Of a DNA stretch of 64,000 nt, positions 13,431 through 25,401 are shown piece after piece. The translations under genes and the position numbers were made by a program. Every line of letters starts with the position of its first letter. The first letter of the stretch is position 1. A model generated the notes under the pieces. That model made no database searches, was not told where the DNA came from, and worked only from the letters and a program-made list of their open reading frames with translations. Source of the DNA: Squalus acanthias (taxonomy: Eukaryota). The stretch spans positions 186,001 to 250,000 of the forward strand of contig JASTWF010000354.1 in the NCBI GenBank assembly GCA_030390025.1. Reading direction: 5' to 3'.

Positions 13431-13974
13431 TTAAACTCCGACAGACTCTGACAGCAGCTCTGCGCAGATTGTGAGGCGACTCACAGATGATTGACTTTCT
13501 CCTGCGATCGGCCTTTTACTTTTCTCACTCAGTGAGCTCAGGATCTTTCATTTTATTGCCACGATTGTCCCTTTAATAACTGGGGGAAATTATTGCTGCT
13601 TTTTGCCTTATTTTCCACAGTTCCTGATGAGCCTTTCCATTATTTAACAGGCAGCGTGAGGCGAAGGTTTATTTACGGGAGACTGTGATCACAGACTGGT
13701 ATTATGGTCTGTGTGACCATTACCTGCTCAGAGACTGTGTCAGCACAGGTTTAATAGCTTCACACATTCCACTCAGTCCCTTAGGTTTCTCAACACAAGA
13801 GTCGCTGCACAGAAATACTGCAATAAATATGACAAAGAGCAAGATGGCATTTTCACCACAGACACATTTCAATTCACAGAAGTGTTATAAAGTGAAGGGT
13901 TTGAGGTGAAAATGGCAGACTGGGGAATTCGGTGAGGTTTGTGGATTTAAGGCAATCCTCTCTCATTATAAAAA

Positions 13975-14105
13975 AGGAGCTTGTAATTTACACAGCACCT
14001 TTCACCACCTCAGGACGTCCCAAAGCGCTTCACAGACAATGAAGCACTTTCTGAAGTGCGGTCACTGTTGTAATTTAGGAAACGCGGCAGACAATTAGCG
14101 CACAG
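13975..14105 (-). mobile_element. SacSINE1-like SINE 3' fragment
   Basis: cctttcaccacctcaggacgtcccaaagcgcttcacag matches the other copies. Confidence 0.75.
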
Positions 14106-14230
14106 AGGATGGGTTCAGGGGAGTTTGTCTGCCGGGCACAGTGTGTGTTGACTCAGCTCCAATCTGGCGAGGTCAGTGTTGCTTTAATGTGTCTGGTAAT
14201 TAAAAAATCTCCTCAATGTTGCGAGGAATT

Positions 14231-14581
14231 TGTGGAGTTTGCACATTCTCCCCGTGTCTGCGTGGGTTTCCTCCGGGTGCTCCGGTTTCCTCCCACAGTC
14301 CAAAAATGTGTGGGTTAGGTTGATTTGGCTATGATAAATTGACCCTTAGTGTTAGGGAGGATTAAATATGTGGGGTTATGGGGATAGGATGGGATATGTT
14401 AGGGGGAATTAAATACGTGGGGTTACGGGGGTAGGGTGGGATATGTGTACTGTGGGGATTAAAGCAGGGACAGGGTACTGGATTTGGATGATCAGCCATG
14501 ATCGTATTGAATGGCGGAGCAGGCTCGACGGGCCGAATGGCCTACTCCTGCTCCTAGATTCTATGTTTCTATGTTTCTATG
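14231..14581 (+). mobile_element. HE1-like V-SINE lacking the tRNA head, with CR1-type tail
   Basis: V-domain tgtggagtttgcacattctccccgtgtctgcgtgggtttcctccgggtgctccggtttcctcccacagtcc; (TTCTATGT)n tail. Confidence 0.85.
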
Positions 14582-14606
14582 AATTAATTGCACTCAACCA
14601 AGAATG

Positions 14607-14911
14607 AATGACTTGCATTTCTCAACTTCGCCTTTCACCACCTCAGGACGTCCCAAAGTGCTTTACAGCCAATGAAGTACTTTTCAAGTGTAGTCACTGT
14701 TGTAATGTGGGAAAAATGGGAGCCCATTAGCGCACAGCAAGCTCCCACAAACAGCAATGTGATAATGGTCAGATAATCGGTATTTTTCGTGCTGTTGGTT
14801 AAGGGATAAATATTGACCAGGACACCGGGGCGAACTCCCCTGCTCTTCTTTGAAATGGTGTCCTGGATTTTTTTTACCTCCACCTCAGGGAGCAGACGGG
14901 GCCTCGGTTTA
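14607..14911 (-). mobile_element. SacSINE1/DeuSINE-like SINE 3' half
   Basis: Reverse complement matches 55190-55480. Confidence 0.85.
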
Positions 14912-14919
14912 AAGTAATT

Positions 14920-15992
14920 AAATAACAACTTGTATTCATATAGCGCCTTTATATTAGTAAAACATCCCAAGATACTTCACAGGTGCGTAATCAGGCAAAA
15001 AAGTCACATCGATCCACATAAGGAGATATTAGGACAGGTGACCAAAAGCTGGGTCAAAGAGGTCAGTTTTAAGGAGCATCTTAAAGGAGGAGAGAGAGGC
15101 GGAGAGGTTTAGGGAGGGAATTCCAGCATTAAGGCCCAGGCAGCTGAAGGCACGGCCGCCAATGATGGGGCGAAGGGAGTGGGAGATCGACAAGAGGCCA
15201 GAATTAGAGGAGTGTTGTAGGCCAGAAGGAGGTTACAGAGATTGGGAGGGGTGTAGGGCGGGAGGGGGTTACAGGGATGGGGAGGGGTGTAGGGTGGGAG
15301 GAGGTTACAGAGATTGGGAGGGGTGTAGGGTGGGAGGGGGTTACAGAGATTGGGAGGGGTGTAGGGCGGGAGGGGTTACAGAGATAGGGAGGGGTGTAGG
15401 GTGGGAGGGGGTTACAGAGATAGGGAGGGGTGTAGGGTGGGAGGGGGTTACAGGGATAGGGAGGGGTGTAGGGTGGGAGGGGGTTACAGAGATTGGGAGG
15501 GGTGTAGGGCGGGAGGGGGTTACAGGGATGGGGAGGGGTGTAGGGTGGGAGGAGGTTACAGAGATTGGGAGGGGTGTAGGGTGGGAGGGGGTTACAGGGA
15601 TGGGGAGGGGTGTAGGGTGGGAGGGGGTTACAGAGAGAGGGAGGGGTGTAGGGTGGGAGGGGGTTACAGAGATAGGGAGGGGTGTAGGGCGGGAGGGGGT
15701 TACAGGGATGGGGAGGGGTGTAGGGTGGGAGGGGGTTACAGAGAGAGGGAGGGGTGTAGGGCGGGAGGGGGTTACAGAGATAGGGAGGGGTGTAGGGTGG
15801 GAGGGGGTTACAGAGATAGGGAGGGGTGTAGGGTGGGAGGGGGTTACAGAGATAGGGAGGGGTGTAGGGTGGGAGGGGGTTACAGAGATAGGGAGGGGTG
15901 TAGGGTGGGAGGGGGTTACAGAGATAGGGAGGGGTGTAGGGCGGGAGGGGGTTACAGAGATAGGGAGGGGTGCAGGGCTGGAGGAGGTTACA
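14920..15992 (-). mobile_element. L2-like 3' end with a G-rich 36-bp minisatellite (~21 copies, 15225-15992)
   Basis: 14920-15225 matches 11124-11470; unit GTTACAGAGATAGGGAGGGGTGTAGGGTGGGAGGGG derives from L2 ggaggaggttacagagatagggagggg. Confidence 0.88.
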
Positions 15993-16840
15993 GTGATTGT
16001 TATTAAAGCAGGTACAGTAGTGTAATTCCTGAGAGTGACCCTCAGTTTCATTCCTCGGGCAGTGACTGGGGAACGAGAGTGCTGAGGTTCATGGGGACGT
16101 CTCTCTGCTTAATCCCATCATCTGATGGAATGATGTGCAGATGGTCCTTGGAATAAACACCTAGTCTGGGATTCCATGAATCACTGGCAGCAATTAACAG
16201 GACATTCAATTACTGAATAGTTGCCCCAACTTGTCATGCAGCAGTCCACTGAATCGAGGATATTAAATATAACGGGTGTTAAGCGTTGATTCCTTCATCT
16301 TCCAGCCCTCACCAGCTACATTATTCCCTCTCAAGGTGACTGATTTAATTTGCGATTATAACAGCCTTGGGTTGAGATGTTTTGACTGCAATGATTTTCT
16401 GTCCTTGTCGCTCAGTGTCTGAAGCCCAGGACTGGGGACGAGCTTGTTGGTCTGCCTGGTGTCAGAGTGTGGAGTGAGGTGAAGGGTTAAGGATGAGTTT
16501 GAGCTGACAGTAATGGGACGGAGAGCAGGACTTTGCTCAGCTCACTGCAGGAGTCAGTGGACTGGAGGTCAGCTCAATAAGAGGCTTCTCTTAAACAGTT
16601 CATCAAAAGGGAGAAAAGTTCCTTCTACAAACCCCGAGCTCTCGCAGACACTCACCTTCATGGGGCAAGAAGACATCAGCCAATGGGAATCCATCTGTTG
16701 CTCCATTGGAAGAGGAGCAGAGAGATCTCCCGGTGTCCTGGTCAATATTCCTCCCTCAAACAACTCAGAGTTTACATCGAGCGAGTGCAATAATATGGAT
16801 GGTGAACGAAGGCAGCCTCGGAGTGTCACTGTCCCCTTCC

Positions 16841-17472
16841 GGGAATGTGAGGAACAACAGATCTCCCTGTGGGCCCTACACCCTCCAAGATCACTGTGCT
16901 CCTCCAACACCGGGAATGTGAGGACAACAGATCTCCCTGTGGGCCCTACACCCTCCGAGATCACTGTGCTCCCCCAACACCGGGAATGTGAGGACAACAG
17001 ATCTCCCTGTGGGCCCTACACCCTCCAAGATCACTGTGCTCCCCCAACACCGGGAATGTGAGGACAACAGATCTCCCTGTGGGCCCTACACCCTCCGAGA
17101 TCACTGTGCTCCTCCAACACCGGGAATGTGAGGACAACAGATCTCCCTGTGGGCCCTACACCCTCCGAGATCTCTGCTCTCCTCTAATTCTGGCCTCTTG
17201 TCCATCCCCACTCCCTTCACCACACCATTGGCGGCCGTGCCTTCAGCTGCCTGGGCCCTAAGCTCTGGAATTTCCTCCCTAAACCTCTCCGCCTCTCCCT
17301 CCTCCTTTAAGACACTCCTTAAAACCTCCATCTTTGACCAAGCTTTTGGTCACCTGTCCTAATATCTCCTTATATGGCCCGGTGTCAATTTTGGTCAGAT
17401 TAAGCTGCTGTGAAGCGCCTTGGGATGTTTTCCTACACTAAAGGCGCTATATAAATGCAGGTTGTTGTTGTT
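16841..17472 (+). mobile_element. 70-bp tandem repeat (~4.5 copies) running into an L2-like 3' end
   Basis: cgggaatgtg at 16911, 16981, 17051 and 17121; followed by ...ctgggccctaagctctggaa...aaggcgctatataaatgcaggttgttgttg. Confidence 0.85.
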
Positions 17473-17804
17473 TGATCCTGTCCTATAATCGAGTTGCACA
17501 GACGAACCATCCAATCCACGAGAGACGGTAATAAACAGACCAATAAATATCTGAGCCCGAGATTCCGGAGTCAGGATTTCATTCCATTCATCCTCTTTAT
17601 CCCCTTCAATCTTTCACAGAGATATTTACTCCATTCTCTCTTTATTTGAATCTCCCTGAGGATTGAGGCTCAGATTATGTTAGTTTATCGCTGCCTTCCA
17701 TTTCATTTCCTTTAATCCCCCGTATATTTCACCCCAACCTCATTGGTGAAATATCGAGTATTAATAAACCCGGCTCACCATCAATCTCGCTCTTTGCTGT
17801 CAGT

Positions 17805-19786
17805 ACATAGGAACATGGGAACAGGAGGAGGCCATTCAGAGCCTTACTAACATGGACAACTTCTCGAGCCTGTTCGGCCATTCAATGAGATCATGGCTGA
17901 TCTGTATCCTAACTCCATTTACCCGCCTTGGCTCCATATCCCTTAATACCCTTGGCTAGGAACAATGTATCCATCTCAGATTGAACGGCGATGAACTTCC
18001 CAATCTCACGGCCTGTATCTCTAGTCATCCAGGGAGCTGTAGCTATCGATGCACTTCCTTTCCCCCGCATTGGAATGTGCCTGCTCTGTACCCAAACTAT
18101 CTCCTCTCTAGAATTGAGGGAGGAAATTGCGGAGTTACTGGCCATAATATTCCAATCCTCCTTTGAGATGGGGGTGGTGCCAGAGGACTGGAGAATTGGA
18201 AATGTTACACCCTTGTCCAAAAAGGATGTAAGGGTAAACCCAGCAACTACAGGCCAGTCAGTTTGACCTCAGTAGTGGGGAAGCTTTTAGAAACAGTATT
18301 CAGGGACAAAATTAACAGTCACTTGGACAAGTGTGGATTAATTAAGGAAAGCCAGCATGGATTTGTTAAAGGCAAATCGTGTTTAACTAACTTGAATGAG
18401 ATCTTTGATGAGGTAACAGAGAGCGTTGATGAGGGTAATGCAGTTGACATAGTGTACATGGATTTCCAAAAGGCGTTCGACAAAGTGCCACATAATAGAC
18501 TTGCCAACAAATTTGAAGCCCATGGAATAAAAGGGTCAGCCTGGATACGGAATTGGCTAAGAGATAGGAAACAGAGAGTAGTGGTGAATGGCTGTATTTT
18601 GGACTGGAGGAAGGTATAGAGTGGTGTTCCCCAGGGGTCAGTTTTAGGAAAACTGCTTTGCTTCATATATATTGTCTTGGATGTGGGTGTACAGGGCACA
18701 ATTTCAAAATTTGCTGATGACACTAAACTTGGAAGTACAGTGAACAGTGAGGAGGAGAGTGATGGACTTCAGGAAGACATAGACAGGCTGGTGAAATAGG
18801 CGGACACGTGGCAGTTGAAATTTAATGCAGGAAAGTGTGAAGTGATACATTTAGGTAGAAAGAATGAGGAGAGGACATATAAACTAAATGGTACAATCCT
18901 GAAAGGGGTGCACGAACAAAGAGACCTGGGGGTATGTGTGCGTTGAAGGTTGCAGGGCAGGTTGAGAAAGCAGTTAAAAAGGCTTATGGGATCCTTGGCT
19001 TCATAAATAGAGGTATAAAGTACAAAAGTGTGGAAATTATTATGAACCTGTATAAAACACTGGTTTGGCCCCAACTGGAGTACTGTGTCCAATTCTGGGC
19101 ACCAAACTTTGGGAAGGATGTGAAGACCTTAGAGAGGGTGCAGAAAAGATTTACTAGAATTATTCCAGGAATGAGGGACTTCAGTTACATTGATAGACTG
19201 GAGAAGCTGGGGTTGTTCTCCTTGGAGCAGAGAAGGTTGAGAAGAGATTTGATAGATGTGTTCAATATCATGAGGGGTCTGGACAGAGTAGATAGAGAGA
19301 AACTATTCCCATTGGCAGAAGGGTCGAGAACCAGAGGACACAGATATAAGGTGATTTTTTTACTTTTTTACTCACCAAGTGGTTAAGATCTGGAATGCAC
19401 TGCCTGAAAGGGTGGCGGAGGCAGATTCAATCGTAGCTTTCAAAAGGGAGTTGGATAATTATCTGATGGAAAAAAATTTGCAGGGCTACGGGGAAAGGGC
19501 GGGGGAGTGGGACTAGCTGAAGTGCTCTTGCAGAGAGCCGGCACAGGCTCGATGAGCTGAATGGCCTCCTTCCATGCTGTAACCATTCTATGATTCTATG
19601 AAATTATTAATTGAGCTAGCATCTACTGCTTTTTGTGGGAGAGAGTTCCACACTTCTACCACCCTTTGTGTGAAGAAGTGTTTCCTAACTTCTCTCCTGA
19701 ATGGCCTGGCTCTGATGTTAAGGTTATCTCCCTTTGTCCTAGACTCACCCACCAGCGGAAAAAGTTTCTCTCCATCTACCCTCTCA
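17805..19786. mobile_element. Minus-strand CR1 3' fragment (17805-17985 and 19601-19786) split by a plus-strand CR1 (18111-19600) carrying an inverted 5' piece (~17990-18110)
   Basis: The flanks join into the continuous sequence seen at 49175-49446. The insert encodes SQHGFVKGKSCLTNL, DFQKAFDKVPH and KFADDTK with frameshifts and stops. Confidence 0.85.
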
Positions 19787-20184
19787 GTTCAAAGTACTGG
19801 CGGAGAGTGATGTCAGCTCCCAGTCTCCCCCTCCTACTCGGAGTGCAGATTTGGAACAGAGTGCTAAGCTGTGAGTTTGGTGAGTGAGGGAGTAAATCTT
19901 AAAGGTTAATCTCTTATTTTTATAAATTTTTATAAATTCTAGTCTTGCAATTAGCATTTAAATTTGCTGTTTCAAGTTTTAAGTTTCTTCCAGGCTTGGG
20001 CAGGGCTAAGCAAGCTCTGTGCTGGAGAGCAGGTGATAGTAATTAATTAATTAACTGGTCTAATCTGGTTCTGTAACTGCCAGAGAGCGCACTTATTTAA
20101 ATCTCAGCAGTATAAATAAGGGAGACTAGAGTGCAGTTTGTCATGGAGTGCAGATTTGGAACAGAGTGCTAAGCTGCGAGTTTG

Positions 20185-20305
20185 GTGAGTGAGTGAGTGA
20201 GTGAGTGAGTGAGTGAGTGAGTGAGTGAGTGAGTGAGTGAGTGAGTGAGTGAGTGAGTGAGTGAGTGAGTGAGTGAGTGAGTGAGTGAGTGAGTGAGTGA
20301 GTGAG
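20185..20305 (+). repeat. (GAGT)n microsatellite, ~30 units, within the CR1 5' UTR
   Basis: Direct reading. Confidence 0.97.
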
Positions 20306-20718
20306 GGAGGGAGGTGTTCCTTCCTTTTTCCATCTTTGTCAGGTTCCTGGTGCGGCGGCGGACCTGCGTGAGGCGAGGCGGCGGCAGAGGGTTTAAAAGG
20401 CTCCAGAGACCAGGTAAGGCGGGACCAGTCTCCCAACTCGGAGGGAGGGAGAGAGGTAAAAATAATCAAGGTGTGATGTCACCAGAAAGCAGGTAAGTAA
20501 TTGGTTGGTGAGTATTTCTCTCTTTTTAAACTTAAACTCTGTGGGTTATAGTTAATAAGGCCTTTCTGGTGCAGAGTGACTGTTGGTAAACCATTTAACT
20601 GGTGTAATTTAGAGGGATTGATTTAATTTAAATCCAATTAATTAGAGGGGATACTAGCATCTGTAATCGGGCAGAGAGTGTCCATAACTAACAATTAAAA
20701 ATTAATTAATTACATAGA

Positions 20719-21672
20719 ATGGAGCAGGTGATGTGTTACTGTTGCGAGATGTGGGAGCCGGTGGACCCCATTGAGGCTCACGGTGATTACATCTGTGACA
20801 AGTGTCTGCTGCTACAGGAACTCCAGCTCCGTATTGATGAGCTGGAGTCTGAGCTTCAGACACAGCGACACATCAGGGTGGGGGAGAAGTATCTGGACTT
20901 TGTGTTTCAGGAGATGGTCACACCTATGAAGTTAATTAATTCAGATGTAGCCCATGGTCAGGGACAGGACGGTGTGACTACGAGTGAGGCAGGTACGGGG
21001 ATCCAGGAGGTAGTGTTGGAGGAGCCGCAGCCCTTGCTCTTGTCCAACCGGTTCGAGGTTCTTACTCCCTGTGGGGACGGGAGCAGGGACTGCAGGGAGG
21101 ATGAGCAACCTGGCCACAGCACCGTGGAACGGGGGGCCACTCAAGAGGGGGGAGTAAATAGAAAAGTTGTAGAGGTAGGGGATAGTATTATTAGGGGGAT
21201 AGATACATTTCTCTGCAGCCGAGAGCGAGAGTCCCGTAGGCTGTATTGCCTGCCCGGTGCCAGGGTTAAGGACATCTCCTCTGGGCTGGAAAGAAACTTG
21301 CAGTGGGAGGGGGTGGATCCAGTTGCCGTGGTCCATGTTGGTACAAATGACGTAGATAGGACAAGGAAGCAAGTTCTGTTAAAGGAGTATGAGCAGCTAG
21401 GGGTCAAATTAAAAAACAGAACCTCAAGGGTATTAATCTCTGGATTATTAACTGAGCCATGAGCGAATTTGGCTAGGACAAATAAAATTAGAGAGTTAAA
21501 TGAGTGGCTCAAAGACTGGTGTGGGAGAAATGGGTTTTGCTTCCTGAGACACTGGCACCAGTACTGGGGCAGGAGGGAGCTGTTCCGTTGGGACGGGTTT
21601 CACTTGGCCAGTGCTGGGACTAGAGTCCTGTCGGATCATATAACTAGGGCTGTAGAGAGGGCTTTAAACTAA
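20719..21672 (+). pseudogene. CR1 ORF1: N-terminal Cys zinc finger/leucine zipper plus SGNH esterase-like domain; one in-frame TGA at 21460
   Basis: CYCCEMW...CDKC, heptad leucines, GDSIIRG, VHVGTND, DGFHL; ORFs 20719..21462 and 21469..21672 are in the same frame. Confidence 0.9.
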
Positions 21673-21767
21673 CTAGTGGGGGGGAGGTTCCTAGAGAGCA
21701 AATAATAAAAATAACAACAGAGAAGGTCACAGACTTAGGTAGCAGTGGGGAAATTAAAAACCAGAGG

Positions 21768-24700
21768 GTGTCAGGAAGGGGCAGAAGGTATGGAGTAAAA
21801 GGTAAAGTAATAAAAAGGGCAAAAGCAGGAACTAAGTGTCACAAAACATATTTGAAAGTTCTCTATCTGAATGCACGTAGCATTCGTAACAAAATAGACG
21901 AGTTAATGGCACAAATAACTACACATGGGTATGATCTTATGGCCATTACAGAAACATGGTTGCAGGGTGACAATGCCTGGGAATAAAACATACCAGGTTA
22001 TTTAACAATCAGGAAGGACAGGCAGGAAGGAAGAAGGGGAGGTGGGGTGGCTATGTTAATAAAGGAAGGAATCACTGTAATACAGAGAAATGATATTGGG
22101 TCAAAAGATCAGGATAATGAAACAGTTTGGGTGGAGATAAGGAATAATAAGGGGAAAAAAACACTAGTGGGCGTAGTCTATAGGCCTCCGAACAGTTGCA
22201 ACTCTGTTGGACGGAGTATCAATCAGGAAATAGTTGAGGCTTGTAATAAGGGAACATCTTTAATTATGGGGGATTTTAACTATCATATTAATTGGACAAA
22301 TCAAATTGGGCAGGGCTGCCTTGAGGATGAGTTCATTGAGTGTATTAGGGATGGGTTTCTTGAGCAGTATGTAACTGAACCGACCAGGGGGCAAGCAACC
22401 TTAGATCTGGTCCTGTGTAACAAGACAGGATTAATTAAAAATGAGTGAATTCATTCATGGTTGAATTCCATATTCAATTAGAGGGTGAGAAGGTTGGATC
22501 TCAAACAATCGCGCTAAGCTTGAATAAAGGAGACTATGAAGGTATGCGAGCAGAATTCACAGAATCACAGAATCCCCACAGTGCAGATAGAGGCCATTTC
22601 GGCCCATTGAGCCTGCACCAACACATATCCCACCCTATCCCCGTAACCCCACGTATTTAATCCCCCTAACAAGAAGGGTCAATTTATCATAGCCAAATCA
22701 ACCTAACCCGCACATCTTTGGACTGTGGGAGGAAACCGGAGCACCCGGAGGAAACCCACGCAGACACTGGGAGAATGTGCAAACTCCACACAGACAGTCA
22801 CCCGATGCCGGATTCGAACCCGGGTCCCTGGCGCTGTGAGGTAACAGTGCTAACCACTATGCCACCGCGTTGCCCTCTTGAGTAGAGTGGAGTGGAATTG
22901 AGTAGAGTGGATTGGGAAAATAAATTAAAGGGTAAGACGATACATGATCAGTGGTGTACATTTAAGGAGTTATTTTACAACTTCGAAAAAATATATATTC
23001 CACTGAGAAGATAAGGGTGTAAAAGAAAAGACAGTCATCCGTGGCTAAGTAAAGAAATTAAGGATAGTAGTCAAATAAAAACAAGGGCTTATAAGGTAGC
23101 CAAATCTAGTGGGAGGATAGAGGATTGGGAAAACTTTAAAAGACAGCAAAAAATAACAAAAAGATTGATTAAGAAAGGGAAGATAGATTATGAAAGTAAA
23201 TTAGCAAAAAATATAAAAACAGATAGTAAAAGTTTTTATAGTGATATAAAAAAAAAAAGGGTGGCTAAAGTAAATGTTGGTCCCTTCGAGGATGAGACCG
23301 GGAAATTAATGGTGGGAAATATGGAGATGGCAAATACACTGAATGGATATTTTGTATCAGTCTTTACAGTAGAGGACACTAAGAATATCCCAACACTGGA
23401 CAAACAGGGGGCTATAGGGGGGGAGGAGCTAAACACGATCAAAATCACGAAGGAAGTGGTACTCGGTAAAATAATGGGACTCAAGGCAGATAAATCACCT
23501 GGACCTGATGGCTTACATCCTAGAGTCTTGAAGGAAGTGGCGGTAGGGATTGTGGATGCATTGGTAATAATAAACTCCCTGGACTCAGCAAAGACTGGAA
23601 AACTGCTAATGTAACACCCTTATTTAAAAAGGGCAGTAGACAGAAGGCTGGAAACTATAGACCAGTTAGCCTAACATCTGTGGTAGGTAAAACTTTGGAG
23701 TCCATTATTAAGGAGGTCAGTAACCGGACATTTGGATAATCATAATTTAATAGGACAAAGTCAGCATGGTTTTATGAAGGAGAAGTCATGTTTGACAAAT
23801 TTGCTGGAGTTCTTTGAGGAAGTAACATACAGGGTGGATAAAGTGGAACCAGTGGATGTGGTGTATTTAGACTTCCAAAAGGCATTTGACAAGGTGCCAC
23901 ACAAGATTATTGCTTAAGATAAAAAATCACGGGATTGGGGGTAATATTCTGGCATGGATAGAGGATTGGCTATCTAACAGAAGGCAGAGAGTTGGGATAA
24001 ATGGTTCATTCTCAGACTGGCAATCAGTAACTAGTGGTGTTCCGCAGGGGTCAGTGCTGGGTCCCCAACTCTTTACAATCTATGTTAACGATTTGGAGGA
24101 GGGGACCGAGTGTAACATATCAAAGTTTGCAGATGATACTAAGATGGGAGGGAAAGTAGTGAGTGAGGAGGACATAAAAAATCTGCAAGGGGACATAGAC
24201 AGGCTAAGTAAGTGGGCAGAGATTTGGCAGATGGAATACAATACTGGAAAGTGTGAGGTTATGCACTTTGGCAGGAAAAATAGTGGAGCAAGTTATTATC
24301 TTAATGGCAAGAAACTGGAAAGTACTGAAGTACAAAGGGATCTGGGGGTCCTGGTGCACGAAACTCAAAGTTAGTATGCAGGTGCAGCAAGTGATTAAGG
24401 CGGCCAATGGAATGTTGGCTTTCATTGCTAGGGGGATAGATTATAAAAATAGGGAGGTATTGCTGCAGTTGTACAAGGTATTGGTGAGACCGCACCTGGA
24501 ATACTGCATACAGTTTTGGTATCCATACTTAAGAAAAGACATACTTCCTCTCGAGTCAGTACAAAGAAGGTTCACTCGGTTAATCCCGGGGATGAGGGGA
24601 TGGACATATGAGGAGAGGTTGGGTAGATTGGGACTCTACTCATTGGAGTTCAGAAGAATGAGAGGCGATCTTATTGAAACATATAAGATTGTGAAGGGGT

Positions 24701-24963
24701 TGGATCGGGTGGATGCGGGGAGGATGTTCCCGATGATGGGTGAAACTAGAACTAGGGGGCATAGTCTTACAATAAGGGGCTGCTCTTTCAAAACTGAGAT
24801 GAGAAGGAACTACTTCACTCAGAGGGTGGTAGGTCCATGGAATATGCTGCCCCAAAAAGCTGTAGAAGCTACATCGTTACATAAATTTAAAACAGAAATA
24901 GACAGTTTCCTAGAAGTAAAGGGAATTAAGGGTTACGGGGAGCGGGCTGGAATTTGGACATGA
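21768..24963 (+). pseudogene. CR1 ORF2 (APE endonuclease + reverse transcriptase), frameshifted
   Basis: LYLNARSIRNK, AITETW, VYRPP, MGDFN, TLDLVL; SGVPQGSVLGP, KFADDTK, RPHLEYC. Confidence 0.93.
22558..22875 (-). mobile_element. Full-length HE1-like V-SINE inserted in CR1 ORF2
   Basis: Minus strand has a tRNA head (tggcatagtggttag; ggttcgaatcc), the V-domain and an ATTCTGTG tail. Confidence 0.9.
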
Positions 24964-25365
24964 GTCTAGGTTCGGATCGGTCATGGCCCTGTGGGTAGCG
25001 TAGCGGGCCCAGGGGCCGTGTAGCCTGATCCTGCTCCTATTTCATGTGTCCAATTCTGTTAGGCTTCAGGAGATGGTTCTGTGATAGTAGATTGGCGGTT
25101 AGGATCAGATCAGCCATGATCTTATTGAATGGCGGAGCAGACTCGAGGGGCCAATTGGCCTACTCCTGCTCCTATTTCTTATGTTCTTACTGTTCCAGAA
25201 GGTGTCCTTGTAAGTCAGCAGCTCTCAATTCACTTGGTTTCAATCCTTAGCTTCAGATCTTCCATGAATACATTCATGATGTGGAGATGCCGGCGTTGGA
25301 CTGGGGTGGACAAAAATGAGAAGTCGCACAACACCAGGTTATAGTCCAACAGATTTATTTAAAAT

Positions 25366-25401
25366 TACAAGCTTTCGGAGCTGTCGCTCCTTCCTCAGGT
25401 A
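25366..25401 (-). ncRNA. Predicted minimal hammerhead ribozyme (inverted pLTR copy)
   Basis: uac-CUGAGGA-A-GGAGC-gaca-GCUCC-GAAA-GC-UU^gua. Confidence 0.8.

Larger units (their letters stand above)
19787..25190 (+). mobile_element. Near full-length CR1-clade LINE (HER1-like): 5' UTR, ORF1, ORF2, 3' UTR; inactivated
   Basis: Colinear ORF1 and ORF2 fragments; the tail ends ...cctactcctgctcctatttcttatgttctta; interrupted by a SINE at 22558-22875. Confidence 0.92.

Noticed and set aside
22790..22875. tRNA gene
   Set aside because: The A/B boxes are the head of a V-SINE continuous with its body and tail; the same applies at 28830-28948, 42590-42699, 51098-51170 and 62229-62295.
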